Assembly: GCF_001194135.2 (NCBI RefSeq)
Contig: NC_068986.1
Span: 107,694,173-107,738,092, forward strand
DNA from: Octopus bimaculoides
Lineage: Eukaryota
DNA: 43,920 nucleotides
Reading direction: 5' to 3'
Part shown: positions 23,291 to 35,534 of the stretch, one piece after another
How the letters are laid out: the number at the start of each line of letters is the position of its first letter
Numbering within the stretch: the first letter of the stretch is position 1
Translations under genes and position numbers: made by a program
Notes under the pieces: generated by a model
Databases searched by the model: none
What the model was told of the DNA's origin: nothing
Seen by the model: only the letters and a program-made list of their open reading frames with translations

Positions 23291-23640
23291 GTATATCTTA
23301 CAATCAAAGACATTTCAATCGCAAACGCTCCGTCTTTGTATGATCTAATGTCTTTATTTGAGAAGTTGACTTTCGACTTGAAGGAGTCATATTCAGATTT
23401 CAAGTATGCCTCATTAGCTTGTAATCTAGAAAACCAGTAGTCATTTAAAGGGAGCCTTGCATACAGCAGTAAGCTACTCAGAACTGCAATATTTACCGGA
23501 CTTAATACAATTATAAGTCTCTTCGAAACTGATTTTGCACTATGAGCTTCACAAAGGAGGTTACAGAAGTTGTGAAGTACTTACATATACAGTGAAATGG
23601 AGTTGTGTTTGGCAAGTAGTTTATGTTTGAAATGACTAAT

Positions 23641-24053
23641 TTACTCTTTTACTCTTTTACTTGTTTCAGTCATTTGACTGTGGCCATGCTGGAGCGCCGC
23701 CTTTAGTCGAGCAAATCGACCTCAAAACTTATTCTTTGGAAGCCTGGTACTTATTCTATCGGTCCCTTTTACTGAACTGCTAAGTTACGGGGACGTACAC
23801 ACACCAGCATCGGTTGTCAAGCGATGTTGGGAGGACAAACACAGACACACAAACACAGACACACACATACATATATATATATACATATATATACGACGGG
23901 CTTCTTTCAGTTTCTGTCTAGCAAATCCACTCACAAGGCTTTGGTCGGCCCGAGGCTATAGTAGAAAGACAATTGCCCAAGGTGCCACGCAGTGGGACTG
24001 AACCCGGAACCATGTGGTTGGTAAGCAAGCTACTTACCACACAGCCACTCCTA
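23641..24053 (-). mobile_element. SINE family A, full length; probable 7-bp TSD CTAATTT
   Basis: Near-identical to the 17350 copy; CTAATTT occurs at 23636-42 and 24051-57. Confidence 0.95.
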
Positions 24054-24419
24054 ATTTGTTATTAGAATTTTGATAGAGAATATCGGCAAAAATTCTCATT
24101 GACTTAAGAGACTTAACAAGGATTTCTTGGGTGAAATACATCGTTGCATAAGAATTAGCATAAAACTTTCAGTACTACCAGTGGTTGACAGAAGGAGGTA
24201 CTTCGGCGATTTGGCTAATCGTCTTAATTGTATAGGATTATCTAAAGTAGTGTGAGCGTATTTTACAAACAAATACAAAACTGAGATATTTTATTGTGTG
24301 TAAAATAAATACACTTCTGCATTTCTAAATGTATTGCTTTTACGTAGTGATGGCACAGTATATATAGGAAAAATGTTTCTTTCGGGCTATGGGATTTACT
24401 TTGGGGCTCTACGTCACTA

Positions 24420-24500
24420 ACCCCGTATATATCACTGATCATGAGCAGGAGTAGTGGGAAAGTATCATAGCCTTAATATTAAGGAACGCATTTACAACAG
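24420..24500 (-). repeat. Dispersed repeat family F fragment
   Basis: CTGATCATGAGCAGGAGTAGTGGGAAAGTATCATAGCC is the reverse complement of the 26035-26075 segment. Confidence 0.65.
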
Positions 24501-25084
24501 GAACACTCCAACTCCACTAATTTCTTTTGAGAATCTTACCATTGCAAAACCAGTTTTAAAAATACATAAACTTTTACTTCACTATCAATTTTATTTTTAT
24601 TTAGCTTTTTATCGTCTCTTACAGAGTTAACAAATGGCATTTAGATTGACAGACAGTACAATCATTGATGGTGTTCATCTCTGCACTTCACCTTGAGGTG
24701 ATCAGGTTAGTAGCGATACAACTATTTTTGTGTGTACTTATTTTCATATTAGAATAGCATTGAAGTTGTGCTCGAGGATTTAGTATAACTGTGTGTGGAT
24801 ATTTGGAAGTTATTATATGTGTAGTAGCAGTAAATGTCTGTTGAATTCATAATGGATCTGATAATCGGACTGAATGGGCGAAGTTAGATCTTGCTGCAGC
24901 AACAAACCATATCACTTGCACACCAATGTGGTCTCTCATTTTGAATTCCTTTTATTGTCTAGATGCTTTCTGAAAGTTTCTGAATGTCGTCAATGTTCAT
25001 TGTATTTTTGCACCTTCAGCTGTTGGAAAGACTCACGCCATCTATGATTTATCATTTATATTTGCATACATGAGAGTATTGTCT

Positions 25085-25300
25085 TGGGTATGACTTTAAC
25101 CTGCATCCAGTCGTAAGGCCCTGTCGTAGGTTTCGCAGAGCGGGGCCCGGTCGTAGATTTCGCGGAGCGGGGCCCGGTCGTAGGTTTCGCAGAATGTCGA
25201 ACCACCTCATTGCCACTATTGTTCCAAGGTCTTACCTGACCCGGAGTAGACGCACCGTCAAAGTCCTAGTAATCGGTTAATTAGCAATGTAAATAGCGGT
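25085..25300 (-). mobile_element. Retroposon family D copy with a 27-bp internal triplication
   Basis: Homologous to 5885-6044; tandem units at 25117-25143, 25144-25170 and 25171-25193. Confidence 0.65.
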
Positions 25301-25665
25301 CAGATGCGAATATGGAAATAAACAACTCCAGACTAATTACAGGTCACCCTTTCGGAAGGCGTAGCATCCGGTAACCACCCAAGCCACGGGTGCGTTGAGA
25401 TCATGGAATACAGCATGGTGAATATAAACTATTTCGGCCGATTTATTGAGTCAATGACGAATATCACTGGATACTGAGTGAATTAAAAGCAAACAAACTG
25501 TCAACAGCAGGGCCAACAGTTGAGTTAGCGAACTACTACAGCTATCACATGTAGCCGTGGCATGTGCAGATGAGACAGCCACCTAACGATAAATCCGATA
25601 TGACTCATTGATCTGAACAAGTCACTCGCCTCAGATGATGGTGTGTGTGTGTGTGTGTGTGTTTT

Positions 25666-25887
25666 AAGGCGGCGAACTGGCAAGATCGTTATCATACCTG
25701 ATAAAATGCTTTGCGATATTTCCTCTGGCTCTTCACGTTCTGAGTTCAAACACCGTTCAGATTGACTTTGCCTTTCAACTTTTTGGGTTGATAAAATAAG
25801 CACTAGTCGAAGAACGGAGTTTGTGTAATAACTTTGACCCTCCCCTCAAAACTGTTGACCTTGTTCCAAAATTAGAAAGAAATATTA
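25666..25887 (+). mobile_element. SINE family B, diverged copy
   Basis: Aligns with family B. Confidence 0.85.
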
Positions 25888-25989
25888 CTCTGTATAACGC
25901 GATTTTTGTCCTTGGATATCAACTGTCATTTCCTATCTGCTTACCCCTAGAATGCATGTAAAATGGTTAATATTTCCTTCAAACTTTAC

Positions 25990-26190
25990 TTTTGTTACAT
26001 TTATTCAAACCCCAAACGATCCTTCTCAGCACTTGGCTATGATACTCTCCCACTACTCCTGCTTATGATCAGAGATGCACATATTGTTAGCCACTAAGAA
26101 CCACGCTCAATCGGTTAAGGTCAAGCAACTGACAAGCAAATCTGTGGTATTGAGCAAAATATTTGCTATAACGATATTTCTGCTTCAGCA
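25990..26190 (+). repeat. Dispersed repeat family F
   Basis: Shares a segment with 24420-24500 in inverted orientation; class undetermined. Confidence 0.6.
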
Positions 26191-26886
26191 ACTCAGCACT
26201 GATTCTGTCTGAAATGTAATGGAAAATAGGTCAGTTTCAAAACACTGATGCCCAGGTGACAAAAGCAAATTTTGAAGGGAATAGTAGTCATTTCCTTTTG
26301 ATTTTTAGATAGAAGCAAATGGGAAATAACACTTACTGACCAAAGACAAATTTTTTTTTTTTTAATATTTTCAGCGTTATTTGTACCTTCATCATAGAAA
26401 TACTTTCGTACTTCCCGTTGCAAAAATCGTCATACCCTTTCCTTCGTGTGATATAATAAATATAACCAGTTGGTTTAGCTTCAGGATTATATTGCGTTCC
26501 AAAAATCACGCTATTTAAGCGATCTGAAAGTTTAGAGAACGACTGACAGAAAAACAGGTTTAAGTTCTTACTTAAATAGAAAATGAGCCGTTTTTATCTT
26601 ACTAAAGATGAAATACTATTTCAGTGGAATGTAGAATTTCAAGAGCGAGGTGTAGAAGAAGAGTAGAATCATCATTTCCAAGAAACCTGATAAATTGTGT
26701 CATTAATGTCTCATTATTTTCGACAAATTCTTTCATCTTCCTTCATCTTTTTCGTCTGTTAAGATGCAATTAATTTCTAAGAGTTCTTCAATTTTTTAGA
26801 TCCTACGAATGACTTTGGTTCGTACAATATTGCAGTCGACCCCTGTGTATGTTTCAAGTTTGTACACGTATGTATGTGTTTGTGGC

Positions 26887-26925
<39 letters not shown>

Positions 26926-27364
26926 CAAATTTTTCGATATTTTAATATACATCCGTCATATCTACGTATTTGAGATGTTGATTTACTTCTTTGAATCAAT
27001 CTCTATGGTTTAATTATTACTATATCAACGGGAAAAGAAATTTCTCAGATTGTGTGTCTGTTGCCCTCTTCAATATTCACAAAGGATTTCTCTGCTATAT
27101 AAATTGTACAACTTGTCAATCTTTATAACAATACACTAAGTGAGTATACCGTTTGTCTCTTTTTCTTATTTCAGTTCACTTATCTCCCTTTCTTTCCCTT
27201 TCATATTCTTATACTTTGCACTCTTCTTCGTTCTATTCCGTTTTCACTGACATTCTTTCTATCTCTATTCTTCTGTTCAGATCCTTCAAGATTACTGAAA
27301 TTAATGTGATTGAACTACGTCTATTTCACAAAACATCTTTAGATTGACATCCAGAGAAATAAAT

Positions 27365-27926
27365 TGTAAGAAATTGCACGCCCCTTAACATTCTACCACA
27401 GTTCTCGCCAACCAGATTTCGCAAGTCTTTTGATCGATCGGCGAATTTTGTGTAGAACACTTGTCGAGTATGCTTTTCAGTCGAAGACAACTCGAAACGA
27501 CGAACTTGCGAAGCTAATAGACGCAGCCACTGCTATGCTGTTATCGCAACTATATCTGTTCTCGTACCATAGATTCTACTTTTGACAATGCTTTATCAGT
27601 TGCTGCTGTAGCGAGGCTTCAGCCGAGAATCGAAAGCACGGCCTTCAGAATTCTAACTTAGAATCAATCTCAGCCTAAGTATTTTTTTATAAATAAGGCA
27701 TAAACGCGTTCGCGAAAATAACTCTGCCAATCAGATCGGCTAGAGTGTCACCAAGTGACTTGGAATCTTCCCACCTAATAGCTTGGTCGAACATTCTGGA
27801 AACTTCGTTAGGATTATAAAAGCTGGGCGAAATGAACACCAAGAAAAGCCCTCCACAATATCCCTCGGCGCTATGCCGCTCTACTCAGTAAAATGGTCTG
27901 TCCCTCGCTTCAAAATATTTGTTACA
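27365..27926. mobile_element. Solo LTR (probably Gypsy-type), 562 bp
   Basis: Begins TGTAAGAAAT and ends ATTTGTTACA (TG...CA, 9/10 terminal inverted match). 4-bp TSD AAAT at 27361-64 and 27927-30. The interior is GC/CpG-richer and has CCAAT- and TATA-like boxes. Confidence 0.75.
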
Positions 27927-28335
27927 AAATAGACTTGAGGTGATACTCCAAGTTAAGTCAGTCACCTTTGTGATAAGACATTCTCAATATTTCTACCAAA
28001 TTTACTCTGAATTATTATGAATTGTCGTCGTAGAGGCATTTAACATATGCAGTGAAAACTTGAACTTTTTTCCTTCGATATCTCTTGAATATTATTCATT
28101 TTATTCAGCTGTTGTATATATGTAAACGCAAATGCTCAAGGTTAATAAAAGCGTATGAGGGCTAATATGAACGTAACAAGCCAATAAAATGTTGTCATTG
28201 ATTTATAACTATCTAACAAACTTCAAACCAAACTAAGCTGTGCTCATCAAGTATATCACTATAATTTCTAGAGTTCTTATCTTTAAGTTATTACTTTTGT
28301 TAATACTATTAAGTTACTATTTATCTTGCTACGGT

Positions 28336-28722
28336 GTGGAGGCGCAATGGCCCAGTGATTAGGGCAGCGGACTCGTGGACATAGGATCGCGGTTTCGATT
28401 CCCAGACTGAGCGTTGTGAGTGTTTATTGAGCGAAAACACCTAAAGCTCCACGAGGCTCCGGCAGGGGATGGTGGCGAACCCTGCTGTACTCTTCCACCA
28501 CAACTTTCTCTCACTCTTACTTCCTATTTCTGTTGTGCCTGTAATTCAAAGAGTCAGCCTTGTTACACTGTGTCACGCTGAATATCCCAGAGAACTACGT
28601 TAAGGGTACACGTGTCTGTTGAGTGCTCAGCCACTTGCACGTTAATTTCACGAGTAGGCTGTTCCGTTGATCGGATCAACTGGAACCCTCGACGTCGTAA
28701 GCGACGGAGTGCCAACAACAAC
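28336..28722 (+). mobile_element. SINE family C, full length, perfect 11-bp TSD
   Basis: A/B boxes and a (CAA)n tail; TSD CTTGCTACGGT at 28325-35 and 28723-33. Confidence 0.97.
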
Positions 28723-29291
28723 CTTGCTACGGTCTTCATCGACATATTTTTGTTACTATAAACTATCCAGGTTCGACCTATAAAATTCTTAACTTCAAAT
28801 TCAGCTGCCCAATGTTCTTGTTGCGGTTGATACTGCACTACAGATCATTCTGCGATTCTTTATGAAACCAGCAAAGCCACAACATCGAAGTTTCAGCTAC
28901 GAAATTTGTCATAGAATTTTATCCGCAGATTTCGAATAATGCAGCAATTAAGTAATGATATTCGTCCTGATTTATTTTTCTTTGGGAAGAATTTGGCATT
29001 ATATTTTCATAAAATTGATTTAAGCAATAACAAACAATTCCACAAAACGTCGGACTTGGAATGGAAGGAGGATGTTCTTTCATCTACGGTTTTTTTTTCA
29101 TTTCAAAATAATTGAGATTATTATAAACGTGTGTGTGTATATAATAGTATACATACACATATATACACATATACATCTATATATATAATCATATACACAT
29201 ACACACACTTATATATATATATATACATATATATACATATACATACACACATCTATATATACAATCATATACACATACACACATGCACACA

Positions 29292-29351
<60 letters not shown>

Positions 29352-30130
29352 NNNNNNNNNNNNNNNNNNNNNNNNNNNNNNNNNNNNNNNNNNNNNNNNN
29401 NNNNNNNNNNNNNNNNNNNNNNNNNNNNNNNNNNNNNNNNNNNNNNNNNNNNNNNNNNNNNNNNNNNNNNNNNNNNNNNNNNNNNNNNNNNNNNNNNNNN
29501 NNNNNNNNNNNNNNNNNNNNNNNNNNNNNNNNNNNNNNNNNNNNNNNNNNNNNNNNNNNNNNNNNNNNNNNNNNNNNNNNNNNNNNNNNNNNNNNNNNNN
29601 NNNNNNNNNNNNNNNNNNNNNNNNNNNNNNNNNNNNNNNNNNNNNNNNNNNNNNNNNNNNNNNNNNNNNNNNNNNNNNNNNNNNNNNNNNNNNNNNNNNN
29701 NNNNNNNNNNNNNNNNNNNNNNNNNNNNNNNNNNNNNNNNNNNNNNNNNNNNNNNNNNNNNNNNNNNNNNNNNNNNNNNNNNNNNNNNNNNNNNNNNNNN
29801 NNNNNNNNNNNNNNNNNNNNNNNNNNNNNNNNNNNNNNNNNNNNNNNNNNNNNNNNNNNNNNNNNNNNNNNNNNNNNNNNNNNNNNNNNNNNNNNNNNNN
29901 NNNNNNNNNNNNNNNNNNNNNNNNNNNNNNNNNNNNNNNNNNNNNNNNNNNNNNNNNNNNNNNNNNNNNNNNNNNNNNNNNNNNNNNNNNNNNNNNNNNN
30001 NNNNNNNNNNNNNNNNNNNNNNNNNNNNNNNNNNNNNNNNNNNNNNNNNNNNNNNNNNNNNNNNNNNNNNNNNNNNNNNNNNNNNNNNNNNNNNNNNNNN
30101 NNNNNNNNNNNNNNNNNNNNNNNNNNNNNN
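29352..30130. other. Assembly gap (N run)
   Basis: Ns. Confidence 1.
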
Positions 30131-30749
30131 AAACTATAGACAGGAAATGTGAATGGCAAATTCAGCTCCAGATAAAAATCATTGGCTTTCACTCTGAACT
30201 CGCGATCATAATGGAAGCCAGCCATCCTAACATTTTCAAAGTCGATATTGGGCGTTTTCTGAGTATCCTTGACTTTGTCTTCCTTTTTTTTTAATGGAAC
30301 TAATCTCAAATCAAACGTCGTTTTGTAATGTGCATTGTAATTTGATTTTTCATTGATAAATTTCAATTGATACATTAACAAAGGTACCTTTTTTTTTTTT
30401 TTGCTAAAACTGTTGTACTTGTTACTTTATGTGTTTCATTTTGCATTTATTTTCTAATATGTTTTCATATACTTTAAAGCAATGATATAGTTAAACATTT
30501 ACCTCAACTACAACACAACAGGAAGAATGTGAGTTGTAATAATTAAATCCTATTAAAAGAGACTTATAAATTTCTATACTGTTTTGTCATAGATGTAGTT
30601 TTAGATTAGACCAATAAGATGTCAGCCTCTCATAAATAATATTTCCATCCCCATCATTATAGCTGTTAATGGAGTCGTTTTGTTAGAAGCTCCTTAGAAT
30701 ATTTTAATCGATATCAAATTAACCATGTCAAAGAAACGTCGGACCAATA

Positions 30750-31050
30750 GAGGTGCCTCTATTGGGTCACTCAGCATGATATAACAACCAAATCTTCCTC
30801 GATTTGCAACAGCTATTTTAAAAATACGGGTACAGGACCTATATAGTTCTATATGTTCTATATAGTTCTATATAGTTCTATATAGTTCTATATAGTTCTA
30901 TATAGTTCTATAGTTCTATAGTTCTATATAGTTCTATATGCCTCAAATAAGACGGTGTAGTCATGGATGGCATGCCTTTAATCATAGGACTGCTCAATCA
31001 GAGTTGACTCGTAGATAAACAGCAACGACAGCGATAACAACAACCAATAA
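30750..31050 (+). mobile_element. Probable SINE 3' part containing a 10-bp tandem array (TATAGTTCTA)n at 30841-30940
   Basis: The array is directly visible. The GTCATGGATGGCATGCC...TAAACAGCAAC...ACAACAAC tail resembles octopus SINE tails (recognition only). Confidence 0.45.
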
Positions 31051-31138
31051 AAATAACGCATTTATCGACAGGACACAGAGTTTCATTGATATTCTAATTT
31101 AACGAGGAAATATAACTGTTATCAATTCACTCTCAGTA

Positions 31139-31349
31139 CGAGGTGGTGGTGAAAAGTTCCTGGCTTTGGGTAAATGCAGGAGGATCAGTTAATTATTATT
31201 TTATTCAACATATTCCCCTCTCAGATTCACACACTTGTTGCAGCGGTCCTTCAGTTTTTCTAAGCTCTGTAAAAGAACTCGGAATGTTTGGCCTCCAGCC
31301 AGGCCTTTCGCGATACCCTTAAAGCTAGGAACTTTTCAGCACACCCTCG
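31139..31349 (-). mobile_element. Mariner-derived MITE (211 bp)
   Basis: TA TSDs and ~29-bp TIRs (CGAGG..GTG.TGAAAAGTTCCT.GCTTT). The interior encodes a transposase C-terminus on the minus strand: WLEAKHSEFFYR..EKLKDRCNKCVNLRGEYVE*. Confidence 0.93.
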
Positions 31350-31450
31350 TACTTTCTGGAGAATTCGAATGTGACTACGTTGTTCGCTGTTGTATTTCGC
31401 CATCGGAGAATATCTCATCACTTTAGTCGATATATATTCATAGCACACGT

Positions 31451-31542
31451 GATTCATTGGTGCCAAAGTATTTTGAGACACAACAGTGTTTCGACCTGGT
31501 TGTGCGTCTCCTCAGTCAAAGCTGCCTTTGGATCAATGATTC
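31451..31542 (-). ncRNA. Apparently intact type I hammerhead ribozyme with extended, bulged stem I
   Basis: Minus strand: TTTGA-CTGAGGA-GAC-[GCACAACCAG]-GTC-GAAAC-AC-[TGTT]-GT-GT-C-TCAAA. All conserved core bases are present. Stem I continues with CCAAAG/CTTTGG and GAATCATTG/CAATGAATC. Predicted cleavage after the C at 31477. Confidence 0.88.
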
Positions 31543-31623
31543 TAACAAGAGCACTGCAAACAAATTATTTGATGATGCGTGAAGTCTACCAAACTGATAA
31601 TAATTGATAAACTGCACACAAAC

Positions 31624-31801
31624 CAGCGAGAATCCAAACAATAATGTAATTTTTCATCCTTAATGAATTTCGTGTGTTATGAGCACACATCGCCAATAGA
31701 TGGCGGAAATGTTCTCCGATGGCTAAATACATAAGCGACCAGCATGTTCACGTTCGAATGTTTTGAGAGTGAATAGAGAGGTTACGTTTGGATTCTCGCT
31801 G
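31624..31801. mobile_element. 178-bp MITE-like element with perfect 16-bp TIRs
   Basis: CAGCGAGAATCCAAAC (31624-39) and GTTTGGATTCTCGCTG (31786-801); no clear TSD. Confidence 0.65.
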
Positions 31802-33645
31802 TTCTGTAAGAATCCAATCCTCATAAATTAATCCCGGTTCTTCAGTTTTCATATATCTTACTGAATTTTAATTTCAAATAAAATTATCACTGGAGTTTAA
31901 CAAAGAATGATACCATTCTTTGGTAGAAATCACTTCTTTACAATTCATTCAGTAAAGAAGATTAATATTAGTACAAATCAATTTATTCCGTACATTTATT
32001 GAAATCTGTATTTTAAAACAGTTGGGGTGATGTTGTTACTTCTATAGAAATTACTCACTAAAAAGAGAAAAGATGTAAAACCAAATTCTACAGTGTAAAT
32101 ACACTCACCAAATACCTATTGGATATAGCACAGACATATCCCTGTACATTTATCCTTTGATTAGTACGTGTAGTTAATCTTGAGACTTTATAAAACGTTA
32201 ATCAGAACTGTACCAAGGTTAACTGTTATTTATGGTGAAAGATGATAAAAGAATTGTTTTACTTTCCTTATATTTGAATCTTAATAATTTCATGAGCCTG
32301 ATGGCTGATTCTTGTTGTGTTAAACGGTCATGAATGAGATGTGGAAACTAGCATAACAAGTAAAAGAAAATAGACGCTTTCCTTTTTTCGCCTGACCAAC
32401 GGGTTTTAAATCGTACTAATTTTAAAATGGTATTAATTGGATGTGGTGTAACCCTGAGGGTCAGCTATTAGAGAGAAGACAATCCTTTCTGGATTAAATT
32501 AGCTTGAGACGGGGTTAGAAGTTTGAAATTTAAATGAAAGAGTAAAGAAAGTGTAAAATATATACACAGTTAATATTTCGTTTTCCTACACGTTATAATG
32601 ATCTTAAAATTCCTGTTCGTTGGTAGCCATGTATATTCGAATGTTTTGCGCATTAACGGAGGTGTTGCCGCGATCTTTACGAATTTTATCAGACTAATTA
32701 AAACACACACGAAATAGAACCGCAGTAACACAAAGTCATCAATAATGCTTTAGAGTGAAATAAATATTTAAAGATTTATTGGTTCCTGTTGTTGTAACCC
32801 TAATTGTAGGATAAACACTGACCATATAAATCTCAAATCCTGTTTTATATTTCAGAGTCTTCTAAAGCACCGTATTTTATGCTTGACTGAGTTAATCAAT
32901 TCACTATATTTTGTTTTCTTTTTGTTAACCTAACTTTATACGCCATATATTGAATTTGTTTTTGGTAAACAACAACAACAACGAACATTATTGAATTCTA
33001 ACTGAAAGAAAAACAACTCCAAGTGATTCGTTATCAGAGATGTCACAGTGACCTGATAAAAGTACATTATTGTAAAAGATTACTGCATTCTGCAACTGGC
33101 ATAGAAATTCGGATTTAAGCCACTTGCGTTTAATTAGATGTTGATGGGAAGTGACATCATAGCATCGATGATGTCATCGATAGAATTACATTTGGTAGAA
33201 TGATACGTCATCGATTGAATCGTGTATGAGAAAAAACAATGACATCACTGACGGAATATCGTTTTGTTGGAATTGTGCTTTCATAATATGGGCTTTTATG
33301 GAACTCTGCGAGATGTCAGGTTTAATAATGTTAGATTAAATCAAAATGATGGATTATTGTTTGGTGAAATAACGCAGAGAGAATTATATTTTTACCAGTG
33401 TGACTTCAGGAAAGTAATAACTGAACGTTTTTCTTTTTTTTTTCAATATTACACCAGAAACAATATACTGTTTATCAAGTGATGTTGCATTTAGGACAAC
33501 ATATCACAATATTGAAACAAAACAATGAAGAAATGGGTGACATTGCTGGAAGACAACTAAATATATTGATAACTGGTTCATTGGAGACGTGTCTCGTGTG
33601 TTGCTTGAATGTCTCCTACCGATACTCGATCAGCGTGTGTGTGAC

Positions 33646-33733
<88 letters not shown>

Positions 33734-35338
33734 CTGTGTGTGTATGTATGTATAAATAGATAGAGACAGAGTCGGAGGTACATGTATATAAGGAATCGAT
33801 CAACGAGTTTCTTCAATGCTACTCAGTTTCACGCAAGTGTATAGATGTATAAACGCTTCTTCAGAAATTATTTGGTACATAATACATACATGCATAAATA
33901 CATAGACATACACGCACTCAGACAGACAGCCAGACAGACGGAGTGATAGATAGCTAAACAGACAGATACATACATACATACATACATACATACATACATA
34001 CATACATACTCTGCGACCACGAAATCAGCAACATAATTAGGATAGCTAATGAACTTTAGAAGAGGCACGAAATAAGGTCTTATACAGACCTCTCCCCCAA
34101 GGAACATTGGTAAAATCTATTCCTCAAAAGAACAAAATGAAAAAAATTGACCAGTTCGCCGAGAAAATAGTACATGGATATTCGGTACGTACAATACAAA
34201 CCACTCATACGAGAAAGTCACTCAACATAGTTTGGTTGTAATCATGTTCATAATGTCTGTGGGTACGAATTTTGTATTCCAATATTGTTGGGAAAGAAAA
34301 AGAGTCAAGATTAAATGCAAGGTATACATAATTGTGTTTTTAAATTACTTAAATAACAAGTAATTAAAAATGCGACATTTCATGTGAAACAACCTAATAT
34401 ATCCACTTCGGTATTATTATTGTTTTCGTGGCTAATAACGAATTTTTTTCCAGCTCGCTAGTTATTTGTGACACAACAAACTGACTAATTGGTGTTCTTT
34501 TATTAGAGGGAGAAATTGCTTAAGTATGCGGTGATAATGTATGTTTGCTTCCGATGACGCGCAAATACTCAGAAATTACGTGATCTTGCTGCTCCACCGC
34601 TGCTACCAGACATCTTACGTCTATTATTAATGATTCTGTGCTTTTTAGCACTACGTGTCTGCACGAGACGTCTTCTCAAAACAAATACGCAGAATTGTGA
34701 CTTTCTGGTAGTATATCCACATTAAGTAAGATATAGAGATTGCTTTCCAGACGGATTTAAAATTAGACGTTTATGTTTATAAACAAGGTGAAAATAAGCC
34801 CGAATACAAAATGTGAAGTTGCTTTATTATTTTGAAGCTTAAACTGCTCAAGTTACAATTTTTTTTTTTTTTTTTCGTGTTCCCGTTTCTCGGTTGACCG
34901 TAACCGTAGGGTTTTGTTTTATTTACATCTTGACTTTTCCTTGCTGGATTTTTATCGTTCACATTTGCCAACGAGATATGGATAATAAAGGGTTGCATTA
35001 CGATTATGACGGCAGTTATTTCGATTCAGTGACGTCAACCGTATAAAGTACGTTTGTTCTCAGAAATAATGAGCTGGAAACTGAGATAGACTTTCTTAAT
35101 GAAAAACATTAATGTATTCAAGCGTCCCTCGTAGTTTCAGCCTAATTAGTTGTCATGTTTTCCGTAGTTGTAAAAGGAGCTAATTAGAAGTTGGAATGGA
35201 GAAAAATATTCTTTATTTAGCCCTAGGACTCATAAGGCAAGTTACCCTGTTTCCATGACTGAGATTACAACGTCACTCCTGAATGGAACGCCTGTCCGTT
35301 GCAAGGCCCCAAGCCGGCAGTTTCGAAGCGACAGGACA

Positions 35339-35499
35339 TGTCGATTGCATCGACACAAGTACTTAACTGGTACTTTTTTTATCGACTCTGAAATGATGAA
35401 AGCAAAGTGACCTCGGCGGGATTTGTCTCAGAAGAAGCGGAAAAAATGCAGCTAAGCGTTTTGTCCGACGTGCTAACGGTCCTAAGAGCTCACCGCCTT
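35339..35499 (-). mobile_element. SINE family B, diverged and 3'-incomplete
   Basis: Reverse complement of the family B head and body. Confidence 0.75.
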
Positions 35500-35534
35500 C
35501 GAAAGTGTTTAGAAGGGTAAATATACAGACTTAA

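Noticed and set aside
30841-30940. CRISPR-like array (also considered for 25117-25193 and 12400-12700)
   Set aside because: These are head-to-tail tandem units without unique spacers, with no cas genes, in a eukaryotic context.
33264-33482. 72-aa ORF MLELCFHNMGFYG... considered as the next exon of the putative neuropeptide gene
   Set aside because: It has no GAW/YG.GGGRF motif and no strong acceptor site.
34975-35050. YDYDG-containing frame considered as a CCK/SK peptide
   Set aside because: It lacks GGGRF-G-KR, ends in a stop and has no suitable phase-1 acceptor.
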